Shown piece after piece: positions 54,277-64,000 of a stretch of 64,000 bases of DNA. The notes under the pieces were generated by a model. That model was given only the letters and a program-made list of their open reading frames with translations. It did no database searches and had not been told where the DNA came from. Both the position numbers and the translations under genes were made by a program. Within the stretch, counting starts at the first letter, position 1. The number at the start of each line of letters is the position of its first letter. The stretch comes from a virus. The stretch lies in IMG/VR virus record IMGVR_UViG_3300017989_000071, positions 32,001 through 96,000 of that record. One strand, written 5' to 3'.

Positions 54277-54841
54277 GCAAGTCTCCGTTGAGCAAGGTTC
54301 CACGACCGCACGGAACGTCGTCACCCTCGATGGCGAAGAATACGTCGATGCGGCCCTCGGGACACGCTTTCGGATCGGCGGCGAGCTGACCCTTGCCGCC
54401 CGATAATATCACATATCCCTCGAAGACGGTAACCCATTCGTCCCGAAACCCTCGAACGAGGATCGCTCCGTTGGCATCGGCTACGAGATTTCCCTCGAAG
54501 TCGCAGGCGCGGAGCTGCATTTCCTTGTCTTTTCCGACCTCCAGATCGCCCCCAACTTTGATTTTGTAGAACGCACCCGGCTCCCACCGCTTCCATGCTC
54601 CATCCTCGTAGTACATCTCCCGGAGCAGAGAGATCAGCGAAGAGGTGGTAAATTCTCCTTCGGTCAGCGTCGGCGAGATCACGGACGGAAAGAGACGCTT
54701 CATATCGGCAAGCGAGTACGTCACCGATTTTTCGTCTTCTCCTAATGCGTACTTCGACGTACCGGGAGGGAGGGTCGCCACCGCAGAAGCAACCCGTCTC
54801 CCGGCCCGCCGAACAGTTTCTATACTAACTAACGGTCCCAT
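54089..54841 (-). CDS. hypothetical (probable virion) protein
   Basis: Coupled to 54841; the 3' ~190 nt overlap the endolysin gene. Confidence 0.5.
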   Translation of the reverse strand: MGPLVSIETVRRAGRRVASAVATLPPGTSKYALGEDEKSVTYSLADMKRLFPSVISPTLTEGEFTTSSLISLLREMYYEDGAWKRWEPGAFYKIKVGGDLEVGKDKEMQLRACDFEGNLVADANGAILVRGFRDEWVTVFEGYVILSGGKGQLAADPKACPEGRIDVFFAIEGDDVPCGRGTLLNGDLHVQRKTRPDSSGRNNGCPFPVALQGGGNVGPAGFISAQGGSVASGVGMGNRGGRGPLPHRPR

Positions 54842-57800
54842 TATTGCGTCGCCGTCTGGTCACCCGCACCACGGTTCGATCCGTAGCGGTCGTCCGGTCC
54901 GTGGCGTCGGGACAGGTCGATATTCTGATTACTTCTCGAAGGGGAATCCCCGGTCGGGTAGGCGGTTTTAATCCCGACGCTCCACGATTCGGGATACCAG
55001 TGCAAGCTGCCGCTGTAAATCGGGTACGGTGACAGGTAGGTATAATGCCCATGAAGAACGAGGTACGATGATGTCCACTTGTCTTCCGAAGGCATGATTC
55101 CGTAAACCGCGTGTCCCTCTTCGGGCGTCTGACCGCCGTGTGCCAAACCAGTGTGTTGGATATTGATGGGGTCGCCGTAATCGAACGGGTCGATCATCTG
55201 CATCGCCTGTCCGAAGTACACTCCGTTCTCCCCGTCCGCTCCGGGAACGGAAGGCATCCTTTCGAGATACCGTGAATACGCCCCCAGCTCAGAAGTCTCC
55301 CCGGTCGATACAGCGGGACTGAGAGGAACCGGAAACTCAGACAACTCCGAATCGGTGTAGGGCGTAACCGTCTTCCCAAGGAGAAACGCAATTCGGCAGA
55401 TCATGTAGCCGCTCTTCGTCGGCTCGATGTCGGGGGGCTGCGCTGGAGCCAGCATAAATGCCATCCGGTGTGAAATGCGCGACGGGAAAAACCCATCGAG
55501 TGCCGCCGCCTGCGTGTCGTAAGAAACGACAGCGCGGGGCGTACCAGCCACCAGCGGACTTTTCAGGGTCAGAAGGAGCTCCCCGGTCTTGTAATTGATC
55601 GACCCGTTTTGGACAATCGCATCCTCGCTGAAGAGTCCGATAGACGGGGACGCCAACGAGGATGGGGAACGGGTAAAGGTTCCCGCTACAGTGTGTAGCT
55701 CGACCGAGAAGGTTCCCGGTGTAATGCTGTAATCCGTCGGGAGGTTCACATTGAGCGGACCGATCTGTGTTGCTCCGGAATAGCTCCCACTCGCAGCGAC
55801 ATCGTAAGACTCCGACCCGGTCGCCCCACCATTATAGTGCGGCAATTCCAAATGGAACATCACCTCGTTCATCCAGAACACCCGCATCAGCAACGACGGG
55901 CGCATCGTCTGCCCATAGTAATCGACACCGCCAAAGTCGTACTTCCACATCGTATCGACGAAGCTGGGGGCGTAGAACCTGCGGTACAGCCGATCTGCCG
56001 CTTGGGGGTAGTAGGAATCGAACGCATCGTCTCCCCAATACACCTCGGTCCGGAACGGATAGAGATGAAACGTATTGTCGGGATCGGCGAGCTTCGTGTT
56101 GGCCTCTCCCCCGCTTCCAAGCTTGCCCTGCAACTCGCGGAGAAGAACGCTGTGCCACCGTACCCCTGCTTCCGCCTGCGCCGCGAAGATTGGGGTATTC
56201 TGGGGCGAATCGCTTCCAACGACCAGCTCGCGGTATTCCCCATCAGAGGCGTTGTAAGCTCGGGGTCTTCCTTTGATCTGGTTGTACGGTTGAATCACCG
56301 TGTCGTTTCGCGCCCCTGAGTAATACCACAACCGCTGTGTTCTCCCTGTAGGAGCAACTACACCTGCAATAAAGTATTTGGGGTCATTCGGAAAACCTGC
56401 GCTGTTGTAAACATCTCCTCCGACGGGTTGATGATTCGGGACATAGGGGGCATAGCGACCATTAGCTCCATAATAATTATACGAATCCGCGCTGGTACTC
56501 GCCCACGTGGCCGCTCCCCCCAGCCCATAGGTATGATCGATGATGATGTCCACGGCAACGACACGCGCCCCCGCGCTCAGGCGAGAGACGTTTCCCCCAC
56601 TCCATGTAAAGGGCGTCGCGCCGCCGATCCCGTTGATCTTGATTCGCCGTCCCGTCTGATCGTCGAGGGGAGCGATCTGCGCATTGGCAACCCGCGAATC
56701 GAGGTATGCTCGGTTGACGACATCGTATCCGTCCGGGTCGATTATATTGTTGCGGGGAAAATTCCGGGTGCGGAGATAGGTCTCATTGTCATAATCGTAA
56801 GAGCCGGTTCCGAAGATCAATTCGTATCCCGGTTCGGTCACCTCTTCGATGTTCGTGGCATAGGTATAGAAGTCCACGACCATTGCCGTCGGAACTTCCC
56901 CCGGATCGCCACCGTAGCCATCGGTGAACGTCAGCTTCGTCCCCGAATCGCCAATTTGCCCTTTGGCGTTGGCCCCGCCGGTATCGTTGATCGGAGACGG
57001 CTGAGAGAAGATCGTCGCCCCGTTCTGCGGAGTCACCGTCCACACCCCTCCGGACTCTTCGAGGATGCCGACCAACCGCATCGTGTGATCGAAGAGGCGC
57101 ACGGAAGAGAGATCGGGCCGGATCACGAAATCGTGATAGAACTGGCTGACCCCCGATTCGGTCATTGGCTCGCGGACCCGCTCGACGCGCCCGCGCTTGA
57201 TGTAAGCGGACTCCCGCGAGCGGAGAGACTTCAGAGTGACCGGCTGATCTCCCGTCAAAGGATCGGACAAACCGTGGATGTGCCCCGCTGTGGCATTCGG
57301 ATCGGTATAGAGGTAACGGACATTGGTATTGCCCGAGCCGCCACTCCACTTTACCCGAAGCAGGCCGGTGACGTAATCCACGAAGAGCTCGTCGCACGAC
57401 ACGCTGCGCTGGTTGTCCAATGTCCCCTTCGCATTGTCCGACGCATAGGCTCCCGTTCTCCACACGTAAACCGATCCCGGCAGGATCACCCGGCCCGGAA
57501 TCGGAGAAGTGATAATCGTCGCCGTCACGTCGTCGGTCGAACCGATGCCGGAAACGGTCTCGTGCGATCCGTTCTCGAAGTAGACCCCCGCACGCGGAAC
57601 GCCACCCGCCCCGGTGATCGCATCGAACGTCCACAGGATGTCGTCGTAGAAGACCAACGATCCTTGGCTGACCCCCAGCGTACCTCCTTCGATGTGGAAA
57701 CGGAGATACCCCGACTTGATGAACGCCGCAGCGTCCATCGTAATATCGCCCTGATACGTTTCCTCGTTGAGCTCACCCAGATCGCGGAGGAAATTCGTCA

Positions 57801-59199
57801 GCGCGTAGTAATACAGCGTCCCGATTGTCACCGACCGCGCATCCGTCGAGCTGACCGGGGGCGAAGGGATGATCTGTCCCGGCAAGCGGAACTCGGGGTT
57901 CTCCCCGTTGTCCATCGTCAGCAAGGCACCCAGCTCGAACGTCGTCGAGGCTCCACCCGTCGAGTCGGCCATGTAGACCCGCAACGAAGTCCACGCATCC
58001 GGGATGCTGATTACGCACTCGATAATCATCGCACCCATCTGCGTCGCCCCGGTGTGGACCAACCGATTCGCGGTCAGCGTCGTCGGGGAAGGAACCTTGT
58101 TAAGATTCGGAGCCGGAGCCGTTGTCAGATCGACGTTGAACCCCATCCGGTAGACCATGTAATTCGTATCGTCGTCATAGAACTCCTGAACGATGCCGGA
58201 CGAAGACAGGTCGCCGATCAGGCGGACCAGTATCGAGTCGTCAGCGAAGTTGAAGAGCTGACGAATCGTGAGGTGGCGACCGTCGGGTGCGTTCCCCGGA
58301 TCGTGGATATGCTCCTTCTCGTAAGACGCCTTATTCTCGTCGAGCTTGACCGCCGTTTCCTTCAGGGTGTAATACGGAACGGCATTGCGATCATCGTCCC
58401 AATTCCCCGCGTCCGCGCCGAGCTTGAGCTCCTTGATAACCGCTGTGATTGGAGCCGACGTGCTCTCCACCGACCGGACCGCGTTCAGGAGGTAGTCAAT
58501 CGGCAGCTCGCCGAAGGTCGATTCGTAGCCATAGGAAACCGTCGTTTCGGTATTCCCCGCCTGAACCGATCCGGAGAGCTTGAGAAGAATCGGGGCCGCG
58601 TTGAACTGGTTGATCGAGTCGTCGTCCAGCCGGTCGGGAGTCGTCCCACTCGTATCGTCGGTGAGGTAGAAAACCGTCAGGTCACCCGGATCGGCGGTGA
58701 ATGTCAGCCCGGAAATCCCGGAGCTGTAGGTCAACTCGCTTCCCCCGGAATTGACGGTCCAGCCGTTGCGCCCGTCCATGTTCCCCGAACCGTCGTCCAC
58801 CGCGACAATCTCGTTGTCCGCGTCCCGCACGACGAACACCGTGCGGGGGATCGCATCGAGGTTCGAGAAGGACAGCGAATACGTCGGACCCGCCGCCTCG
58901 GTCATGGCCTCACTGAACGCCGCCCACGTCTCGTTGACGGTCAGGTTGCCGGTCGCATCCGGTAGCGGAGTAAGCCCGTCCCCCTCGGTCAGGACAAACT
59001 TGCTGCCGTAGGTGAATATGTCGTCCCCTTGCGGCTCCGCAACGAAGAAGACATAGGTATCGTTCTGAGCGATCCCTTCGACCAGAAACGTCCTCGGCGC
59101 GGCAACGGGATCGTTGATGATCTCGTTGATCTTATTCACCAGCGAGAGGATACTGGCGATGCCGCTTCCGGGTGCCGGATGATTGTTGATCGTCGTCAT
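54841..59199 (-). CDS. large baseplate/tail-associated structural protein
   Basis: 1452 aa, G/T/S/D-rich beta-type composition; tail module context. Confidence 0.65.
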   Translation of the reverse strand: MTTINNHPAPGSGIASILSLVNKINEIINDPVAAPRTFLVEGIAQNDTYVFFVAEPQGDDIFTYGSKFVLTEGDGLTPLPDATGNLTVNETWAAFSEAMTEAAGPTYSLSFSNLDAIPRTVFVVRDADNEIVAVDDGSGNMDGRNGWTVNSGGSELTYSSGISGLTFTADPGDLTVFYLTDDTSGTTPDRLDDDSINQFNAAPILLKLSGSVQAGNTETTVSYGYESTFGELPIDYLLNAVRSVESTSAPITAVIKELKLGADAGNWDDDRNAVPYYTLKETAVKLDENKASYEKEHIHDPGNAPDGRHLTIRQLFNFADDSILVRLIGDLSSSGIVQEFYDDDTNYMVYRMGFNVDLTTAPAPNLNKVPSPTTLTANRLVHTGATQMGAMIIECVISIPDAWTSLRVYMADSTGGASTTFELGALLTMDNGENPEFRLPGQIIPSPPVSSTDARSVTIGTLYYYALTNFLRDLGELNEETYQGDITMDAAAFIKSGYLRFHIEGGTLGVSQGSLVFYDDILWTFDAITGAGGVPRAGVYFENGSHETVSGIGSTDDVTATIITSPIPGRVILPGSVYVWRTGAYASDNAKGTLDNQRSVSCDELFVDYVTGLLRVKWSGGSGNTNVRYLYTDPNATAGHIHGLSDPLTGDQPVTLKSLRSRESAYIKRGRVERVREPMTESGVSQFYHDFVIRPDLSSVRLFDHTMRLVGILEESGGVWTVTPQNGATIFSQPSPINDTGGANAKGQIGDSGTKLTFTDGYGGDPGEVPTAMVVDFYTYATNIEEVTEPGYELIFGTGSYDYDNETYLRTRNFPRNNIIDPDGYDVVNRAYLDSRVANAQIAPLDDQTGRRIKINGIGGATPFTWSGGNVSRLSAGARVVAVDIIIDHTYGLGGAATWASTSADSYNYYGANGRYAPYVPNHQPVGGDVYNSAGFPNDPKYFIAGVVAPTGRTQRLWYYSGARNDTVIQPYNQIKGRPRAYNASDGEYRELVVGSDSPQNTPIFAAQAEAGVRWHSVLLRELQGKLGSGGEANTKLADPDNTFHLYPFRTEVYWGDDAFDSYYPQAADRLYRRFYAPSFVDTMWKYDFGGVDYYGQTMRPSLLMRVFWMNEVMFHLELPHYNGGATGSESYDVAASGSYSGATQIGPLNVNLPTDYSITPGTFSVELHTVAGTFTRSPSSLASPSIGLFSEDAIVQNGSINYKTGELLLTLKSPLVAGTPRAVVSYDTQAAALDGFFPSRISHRMAFMLAPAQPPDIEPTKSGYMICRIAFLLGKTVTPYTDSELSEFPVPLSPAVSTGETSELGAYSRYLERMPSVPGADGENGVYFGQAMQMIDPFDYGDPINIQHTGLAHGGQTPEEGHAVYGIMPSEDKWTSSYLVLHGHYTYLSPYPIYSGSLHWYPESWSVGIKTAYPTGDSPSRSNQNIDLSRRHGPDDRYGSNRGAGDQTATQ

Positions 59200-59211
59200 G
59201 TTCTCACCTCG

Positions 59212-61635
59212 TTATCGGATCACCAAGACCCACTCGAAATCCGCCGTGGAGTCCCCTGAATTGTAGACCTTGAAGTCCGTAGCGGATCGTTCTGTAACCC
59301 ACACCTCGCCGAGCTGACCCGCTTCGCCGGGAGGCGTTGCGCCGTCGTCAATCGGGAAAATGTAAACGCCATAATCCGTCGTACCGAGATCGTTGGGCAG
59401 GGTGATCGTCTGCGATCCCCCGCCGTGACCGACGAAGGAGCTGGTTCCCCGCAGCGTTCGGGCCATCCCGCCGAAGATATTCCCTTCCGTCGATCCGCCC
59501 GTGTTGTAGGTGGGCGTGCCGGTCAGGATGGCAACGAAATTGTCAACGGCATTGGCGACGTTTTCGACATCGCCGATCACCTTCGTTACGTAGTTTCCGT
59601 TCGCCGTCGCCGCGAAGTACAGATCGCCGTTTACCACGGAAACCAAACAATCCGAGCCGCCGAGGGTCACGTCCTGCCCCTCTGCGTCGATCAGCGACAC
59701 CGAGAGTCGGTCATTCGATACGCCCAACACAATGTCGCCACCGTTGGCAAACAGCATGTCCACGGCGTTGCCCCATCCTTTTCGGGGGAAGACAACGGCT
59801 CCAGCGGCGTCGCTCAACCCCGTCGCGCCCAGCGAGAGACGAGAGATCAGGCACCGCCAGTTATACCCGAACACCGCACCCTCGAAGTGCGCATCCCGGT
59901 ACTCACAATCCTCGGTACTGTCGATGTAGACCGTACCTCCCTCGACCGACATCTGCTCGATGCTGGAGTGTTGTTTGATGAGGTGGATACTGTTCGTCTG
60001 GGTCGTCCCCGCAGGCAGCCCCGCCGTCGGCACGTCCACGTCGAACTCCCACGGGTTTCCGCCCGGATCGGGAAATCCGACGAAGGCACACAACTTGTGG
60101 TTCGCCCCGTCACTGAGGACCACTGTATCCCCCGGAACGAAACCGAGATCGACCGGGGTGGGACGGCCCGCTCGATAGGCCGCAGCGATCTCGATCCGAT
60201 ACCTCGTCGATCCGGCGGGCGCACCGCCCGGCGTTCCCGGAACACCGGCATAGGGATTGTCGCCGCCGTTGTAGGCGATCTCGATCCCCCCGGCATAGAA
60301 CTTGTCCGAGCCGTTGAAGACGATCTTCGAGAAGGTCCGCCCGCCGGTCAGGGAAATCCGGGACGGCAGGTACAGATCGCCATCGAGCCAGAACAACCCC
60401 TCCACCTGCACACGCCTCGGAATCGGATCGTCTTCCGCTTCCATCAGCGTATGCAGATCGGCAAGGAGGTTAATCAACCCGACCGATCCGATGTACTGTG
60501 ACCGGCCCTGAAAGATGATCCCGTCGGTGACTTCCACTTCCTCGGGAACCGACCGCTTCTCGGTCGAATAGAACTTCTCGATCTCCGCACCCCCACCGCC
60601 GTCTTCGATCACCCGAACATATCCGAGGAATGTCGCGTTGGCATCGGTGTACTGTCCGGTCCCGAGATCGCCGTCGGAGTCAATGGCTGACTGGATGTCC
60701 GAGGCGTCGGGGAGCTCGGGGTTCGTTCCCCCACCGATCACCTGCTCCGTGCCTTCAACCTTGATGATCTTGTAATCCTGATCCTGCCCGCGCCGCTTGT
60801 CGGGACGCGATACCAGATAGAACGCATCGAGACGCACGGACCCCGCCGTCGGAGCGTCCACGGCGAAGGGCGATGTCGCCTCGTCCATGCGGATGATCGT
60901 TTGATGGTATTCGTCGGAGTAGTACCGATCTTCCTGATACGGAGTGACCATCACACCCGGATTGATTTCCACCTCGTCGGGGTTCCCACTCGCTACCAGA
61001 TCGAAACCCTGATAGACACCGGGGCGAAACAGACCGTGGAGCTCGTCGCCGGGGCGGTTGTACGGATCGGGCAGATTGATCTTCGGTACGTTGTCGATCA
61101 CCACGCCCGGCGAACCGTAGCCGCCTGTCGAATCGTTCGTCCCGTCGGGCACCCAGACAAAGGCGAGGATGATCTCGTCGTCGGCCACCAGCCCGAAGTC
61201 CGGTTCCGGGTCCACCGCCGGGGTTCCGACATGGACCGAGTAGGTCGCCACGGGATTCGGCTGGTTGGTCAGCTCGTACTCGTAGCTCAGAGCCACGATG
61301 TCGATCCGCGCCCGGCCCAGCCCGTTCTCGTTATAGACCGCTGAGTACGGCGTATCCGGTCGTGTGGCCGGTTCCACATCCGCATTCTCGATGATCGTCA
61401 CATAGTCCTTGCTGATCGCAACGGACAGGGCATCGTTCCCGCCGGGGTCCGCTTTCGAGGGCAGATCATCATGCAGCTCGCGGTTGATCCGCAGATACAT
61501 CTTCCCGGCAACCACCCCGCCGTCGGCCACCTCGAAGCCATGATAGACTCCGGGCCGAACGACACGGCGGTTCATGTCGTTCATAATCCGGGTTTCATCG
61601 GGACTCTTGAAATCCCATACTCTCCGTTGCGCCAT
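59212..61635 (-). CDS. tail fibre/baseplate-associated protein
   Basis: Repeated RPGVYHGF/RPGVYQGF N-terminal units, beta-helix-like middle, C-terminal DFEWVLV. Confidence 0.62.
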   Translation of the reverse strand: MAQRRVWDFKSPDETRIMNDMNRRVVRPGVYHGFEVADGGVVAGKMYLRINRELHDDLPSKADPGGNDALSVAISKDYVTIIENADVEPATRPDTPYSAVYNENGLGRARIDIVALSYEYELTNQPNPVATYSVHVGTPAVDPEPDFGLVADDEIILAFVWVPDGTNDSTGGYGSPGVVIDNVPKINLPDPYNRPGDELHGLFRPGVYQGFDLVASGNPDEVEINPGVMVTPYQEDRYYSDEYHQTIIRMDEATSPFAVDAPTAGSVRLDAFYLVSRPDKRRGQDQDYKIIKVEGTEQVIGGGTNPELPDASDIQSAIDSDGDLGTGQYTDANATFLGYVRVIEDGGGGAEIEKFYSTEKRSVPEEVEVTDGIIFQGRSQYIGSVGLINLLADLHTLMEAEDDPIPRRVQVEGLFWLDGDLYLPSRISLTGGRTFSKIVFNGSDKFYAGGIEIAYNGGDNPYAGVPGTPGGAPAGSTRYRIEIAAAYRAGRPTPVDLGFVPGDTVVLSDGANHKLCAFVGFPDPGGNPWEFDVDVPTAGLPAGTTQTNSIHLIKQHSSIEQMSVEGGTVYIDSTEDCEYRDAHFEGAVFGYNWRCLISRLSLGATGLSDAAGAVVFPRKGWGNAVDMLFANGGDIVLGVSNDRLSVSLIDAEGQDVTLGGSDCLVSVVNGDLYFAATANGNYVTKVIGDVENVANAVDNFVAILTGTPTYNTGGSTEGNIFGGMARTLRGTSSFVGHGGGSQTITLPNDLGTTDYGVYIFPIDDGATPPGEAGQLGEVWVTERSATDFKVYNSGDSTADFEWVLVIR

Positions 61636-61705
61636 GTTATTTGTCCTCTTGCATCAGACGAGTGCATCCAAGCAGCGATCCCCGTCAAGCCACGGCTGAC
61701 TTACC

Positions 61706-63883
61706 TCATTCGTATCGGACCGTGACGTTGTAGGTCTTGATCTTGTTGATCTTGCCGAGAAGGAACTCGACCATCGGGTCGGCAGCCGGGAGCTCGGCCC
61801 CATCGGAAATTCGCCGAAGCCGCAGAATCACCTGAACCTCGAACAACTCCCCGAACGTATCGAGAATCCCACCGAGATCGAAGTCGATCCCGCTATCGAA
61901 GGTTTCCCGACCGATGATGATTGACGTGCTCGCCGTTGCCAGCTCGAACCCGTAGAACTTCATCAACTGCTCGATAGCTCGCAACGTCCCCTTGCGCTGA
62001 TTGATAAGCGGTCGGAGCTCCATGTAGACCCGCTGCTTCGACATCGGCCAATCGGGATTCAGATCGGCGATGCCGTAACGATAGGCCAACGAAGTCAGCC
62101 ACTTCGGATCGCAGGTTCGCAGATCGAAGTGATTCCAATACCACTCAATCAATCCACGATGCCGATCCAATAGCATCCCGAGCAGACGCATCAACCGCTC
62201 GGTTTGCGTTCCCACAAACCCGTCGGTCAGATGCAACCGTTCCCCGTAGGGAGCGGTCCCCAGCATTTTCGAGGGCAGCCCGAGTGTGCTGGTCCGATCC
62301 AGCGACCGAAACGCTTCGGATAGAAACCCGATAGCGTCCCACTTCAGCGAGAAGTCTCTCCCCTCGTGCTTCAATCCCGAATACGCATGAGTCCGGTGGT
62401 TGGTCCACACCGAAACCCGGTTGATCGTCAACGCGGAATCGGGAACCCAGATCGAGATCAAACCACCCTCTTCGATCACCGAATACCGATAAGCATCGGT
62501 GCTGATCGGAAACGCAAACAACGCCACCGGGACGGCAGCGATATACGTGAACGTCGGCGTCGCGTCGGTCAGGTTATTCTCGTCGTCCCCAAACTGCATC
62601 ACAAAATTCCGGAGACGATCTTCGAGGCGTTGCTGACCGGAGACCACCAGCGATCCGTCGGCTCCATCGTGAGACCACGACAGGCCGTCGTACTTGTACG
62701 GTGCGTAAACCACCTCCAGCGTATCGCCGGGGTTCGGAGCATGTGTGGGATCGAACTCCAACGAGTCGATCCCCGCTGCGGCATCGTAGTTGATCGACCC
62801 CCCGGTGACGATGTATCCGTTCCGTCCGAGAAACGATCCCGAACGGTTATCCACGGCCACGACAACGCCGCTGGCCTTGATAACAACCTTCGCCGTTCCG
62901 GGCTGAATATACTCATTACTCAAAGTAACCGAATACGGGTTCGTTCCGGTCATGTCTTCCCGGTAGTCGAGCTCGACCCGAAAAATCGTCGGCGATCCTC
63001 CCCCGTAGAGTACCCGATAGACATACCGCCTGCGCCGGTCGAGAATTACATAGCTGACCGGAACCCCGCCCCAGCTCGCTTTGTCGGCGAACTCGATAGC
63101 ACTGTCGTCCGTTGTAAAGTCGGTAAAGACTGCGCCCGGACCGTACAACTCTTCCCCGAAGATTTCAGTCAGATCGAGGCGATAGTTTACATCCCCCAAC
63201 GCCGGGTCTTCGGACGGGAGATTCGGGCTGCCGGTATCGGACGGGTATGTCAGGTGGATCAACTCCCGCTGCTCCGTGGTAAAGATCACCTGCGCCGGGG
63301 ACGAGCTCAACTGTCCGCACCACGCAATCGAGCTGATCCGGTCTCCGGCGTTCAGCACCGGAGTCACGTTCATCTCGGCGATCACGAACCCGGTAGCGAT
63401 CTCCCAGAACAACACAAAACTATCCCCGGACGGACTCACCGTGGCAATCGCCAGCGTATCTCGCGAGGTGATCGGCGGATCGGCGAGATTGACGATGCCT
63501 ACGACACGCCCCGCGTAAGATTCGGGGAACGCAAAGTGCCGAGTGATTGGCGATCCACCCTCCAGAATCCCCAGCGTGCGGAAATACTCCTGCGCCAGCA
63601 CATCGTCACGCCACTCCACAAACATCGTGAAGTAGTAGATACGCTCCGGCTCAATGACCGGCGGAACAACCGCCAGCTCGTTCGCCTTCGTCGTTTCCGA
63701 GGGCGAAGCGGTGAACACGATAGCCCCTTCGGAAAGGTTGGTCGGCCACCCGTGCGGAGACATCCGGATCGTGAATCTGCGGACCAAAGCCCACCACTGA
63801 TCGTCGAACTCCCACGAGATAACGATCTGGGGCGTATCGAGCGCGGTCCGCGCCTCGAATGTAGTCAGGAATTTCGGGTTCAT
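61706..63883 (-). CDS. baseplate wedge subunit with P2 gpI-like C-terminal domain
   Basis: DLRTCDPKWLTSLAYRYG...QRKGTLRAIE. Confidence 0.7.
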   Translation of the reverse strand: MNPKFLTTFEARTALDTPQIVISWEFDDQWWALVRRFTIRMSPHGWPTNLSEGAIVFTASPSETTKANELAVVPPVIEPERIYYFTMFVEWRDDVLAQEYFRTLGILEGGSPITRHFAFPESYAGRVVGIVNLADPPITSRDTLAIATVSPSGDSFVLFWEIATGFVIAEMNVTPVLNAGDRISSIAWCGQLSSSPAQVIFTTEQRELIHLTYPSDTGSPNLPSEDPALGDVNYRLDLTEIFGEELYGPGAVFTDFTTDDSAIEFADKASWGGVPVSYVILDRRRRYVYRVLYGGGSPTIFRVELDYREDMTGTNPYSVTLSNEYIQPGTAKVVIKASGVVVAVDNRSGSFLGRNGYIVTGGSINYDAAAGIDSLEFDPTHAPNPGDTLEVVYAPYKYDGLSWSHDGADGSLVVSGQQRLEDRLRNFVMQFGDDENNLTDATPTFTYIAAVPVALFAFPISTDAYRYSVIEEGGLISIWVPDSALTINRVSVWTNHRTHAYSGLKHEGRDFSLKWDAIGFLSEAFRSLDRTSTLGLPSKMLGTAPYGERLHLTDGFVGTQTERLMRLLGMLLDRHRGLIEWYWNHFDLRTCDPKWLTSLAYRYGIADLNPDWPMSKQRVYMELRPLINQRKGTLRAIEQLMKFYGFELATASTSIIIGRETFDSGIDFDLGGILDTFGELFEVQVILRLRRISDGAELPAADPMVEFLLGKINKIKTYNVTVRYE

Positions 63884-64000
63884 TAGCTGAACGGCGTTGT
63901 GTCGTCTTCGGGATAGTAAACCTCGACCTCGACATTCGAGAGGGAGGAAATTACGGGAACCTCCCCACTGCCGATCTGGATGTTCCCGCTGTACTTCGAT
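63883..64000 (-). CDS. 3' end of a probable baseplate J-like protein (partial)
   Basis: ...GNIQIGSGEVPVIS...PFS*; TAATG coupling to the next gene. Confidence 0.4.
   Translation of the reverse strand, partial: SKYSGNIQIGSGEVPVISSLSNVEVEVYYPEDDTTPFS

Noticed and set aside
56428-58965. Long plus-strand ORFs (845 aa here; also 11329-12429, 32135-33589, 35082-36509, 62366-63886)
   Set aside because: Antisense shadows of GC-rich minus-strand genes, with no motifs or RBS
1-64000. Stop-codon reassignment, inteins, self-splicing introns and tRNA genes
   Set aside because: Genes are intact in code 11 with TAG/TAA/TGA stops; terL, helicases and polymerase show no intein motifs; no cloverleaf was found

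Overview
This is a 64-kb segment of a large, GC-rich tailed dsDNA phage genome, probably a myovirus of a diderm host (it encodes a holin, an amidase endolysin and overlapping spanin genes). Every credible gene is on the minus strand. In transcription order (64 kb down to 1 kb) the modules are: baseplate/tail genes; lysis cassette; T4 gp20-like portal and a MuF-like head protein; an early/accessory region (about 32-48.7 kb) built from units carrying a shared sigma70-type promoter, a shared extended RBS (GAACGAGGAG) and terminators, and including ArdC, a DarG-like macrodomain and a DHH phosphoesterase; replication/recombination genes (UvsW-like and DnaB-like helicases, primase, UDG-fused family A polymerase, UvsY-like, SSB, 5'-3' exonuclease, CsrA-like, single-chain SbcD-SbcC, RusA); sigma/Mor-like regulator, terminase, HU, an atypical SDR and an amino-MTase; a DinG-RHH-RuvA unit; and a run of nucleotide-hydrolase-like and small hypothetical genes. 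The most notable signal is non-coding. (1) An ORF-less promoter-hairpin-terminator unit at 47.7 kb has a 5' end complementary to a motif repeated in several phage leaders. (2) Two 18-nt-loop hairpins display the exact complement of the early-gene RBS. Together these suggest a phage-encoded antisense-RNA timing circuit (an inference, untested). A roughly 300-nt structured leader RNA with twin T-loop-like hairpins and a candidate G-rich R-loop origin are also present. Product names come from motif recognition by eye, not database searches.
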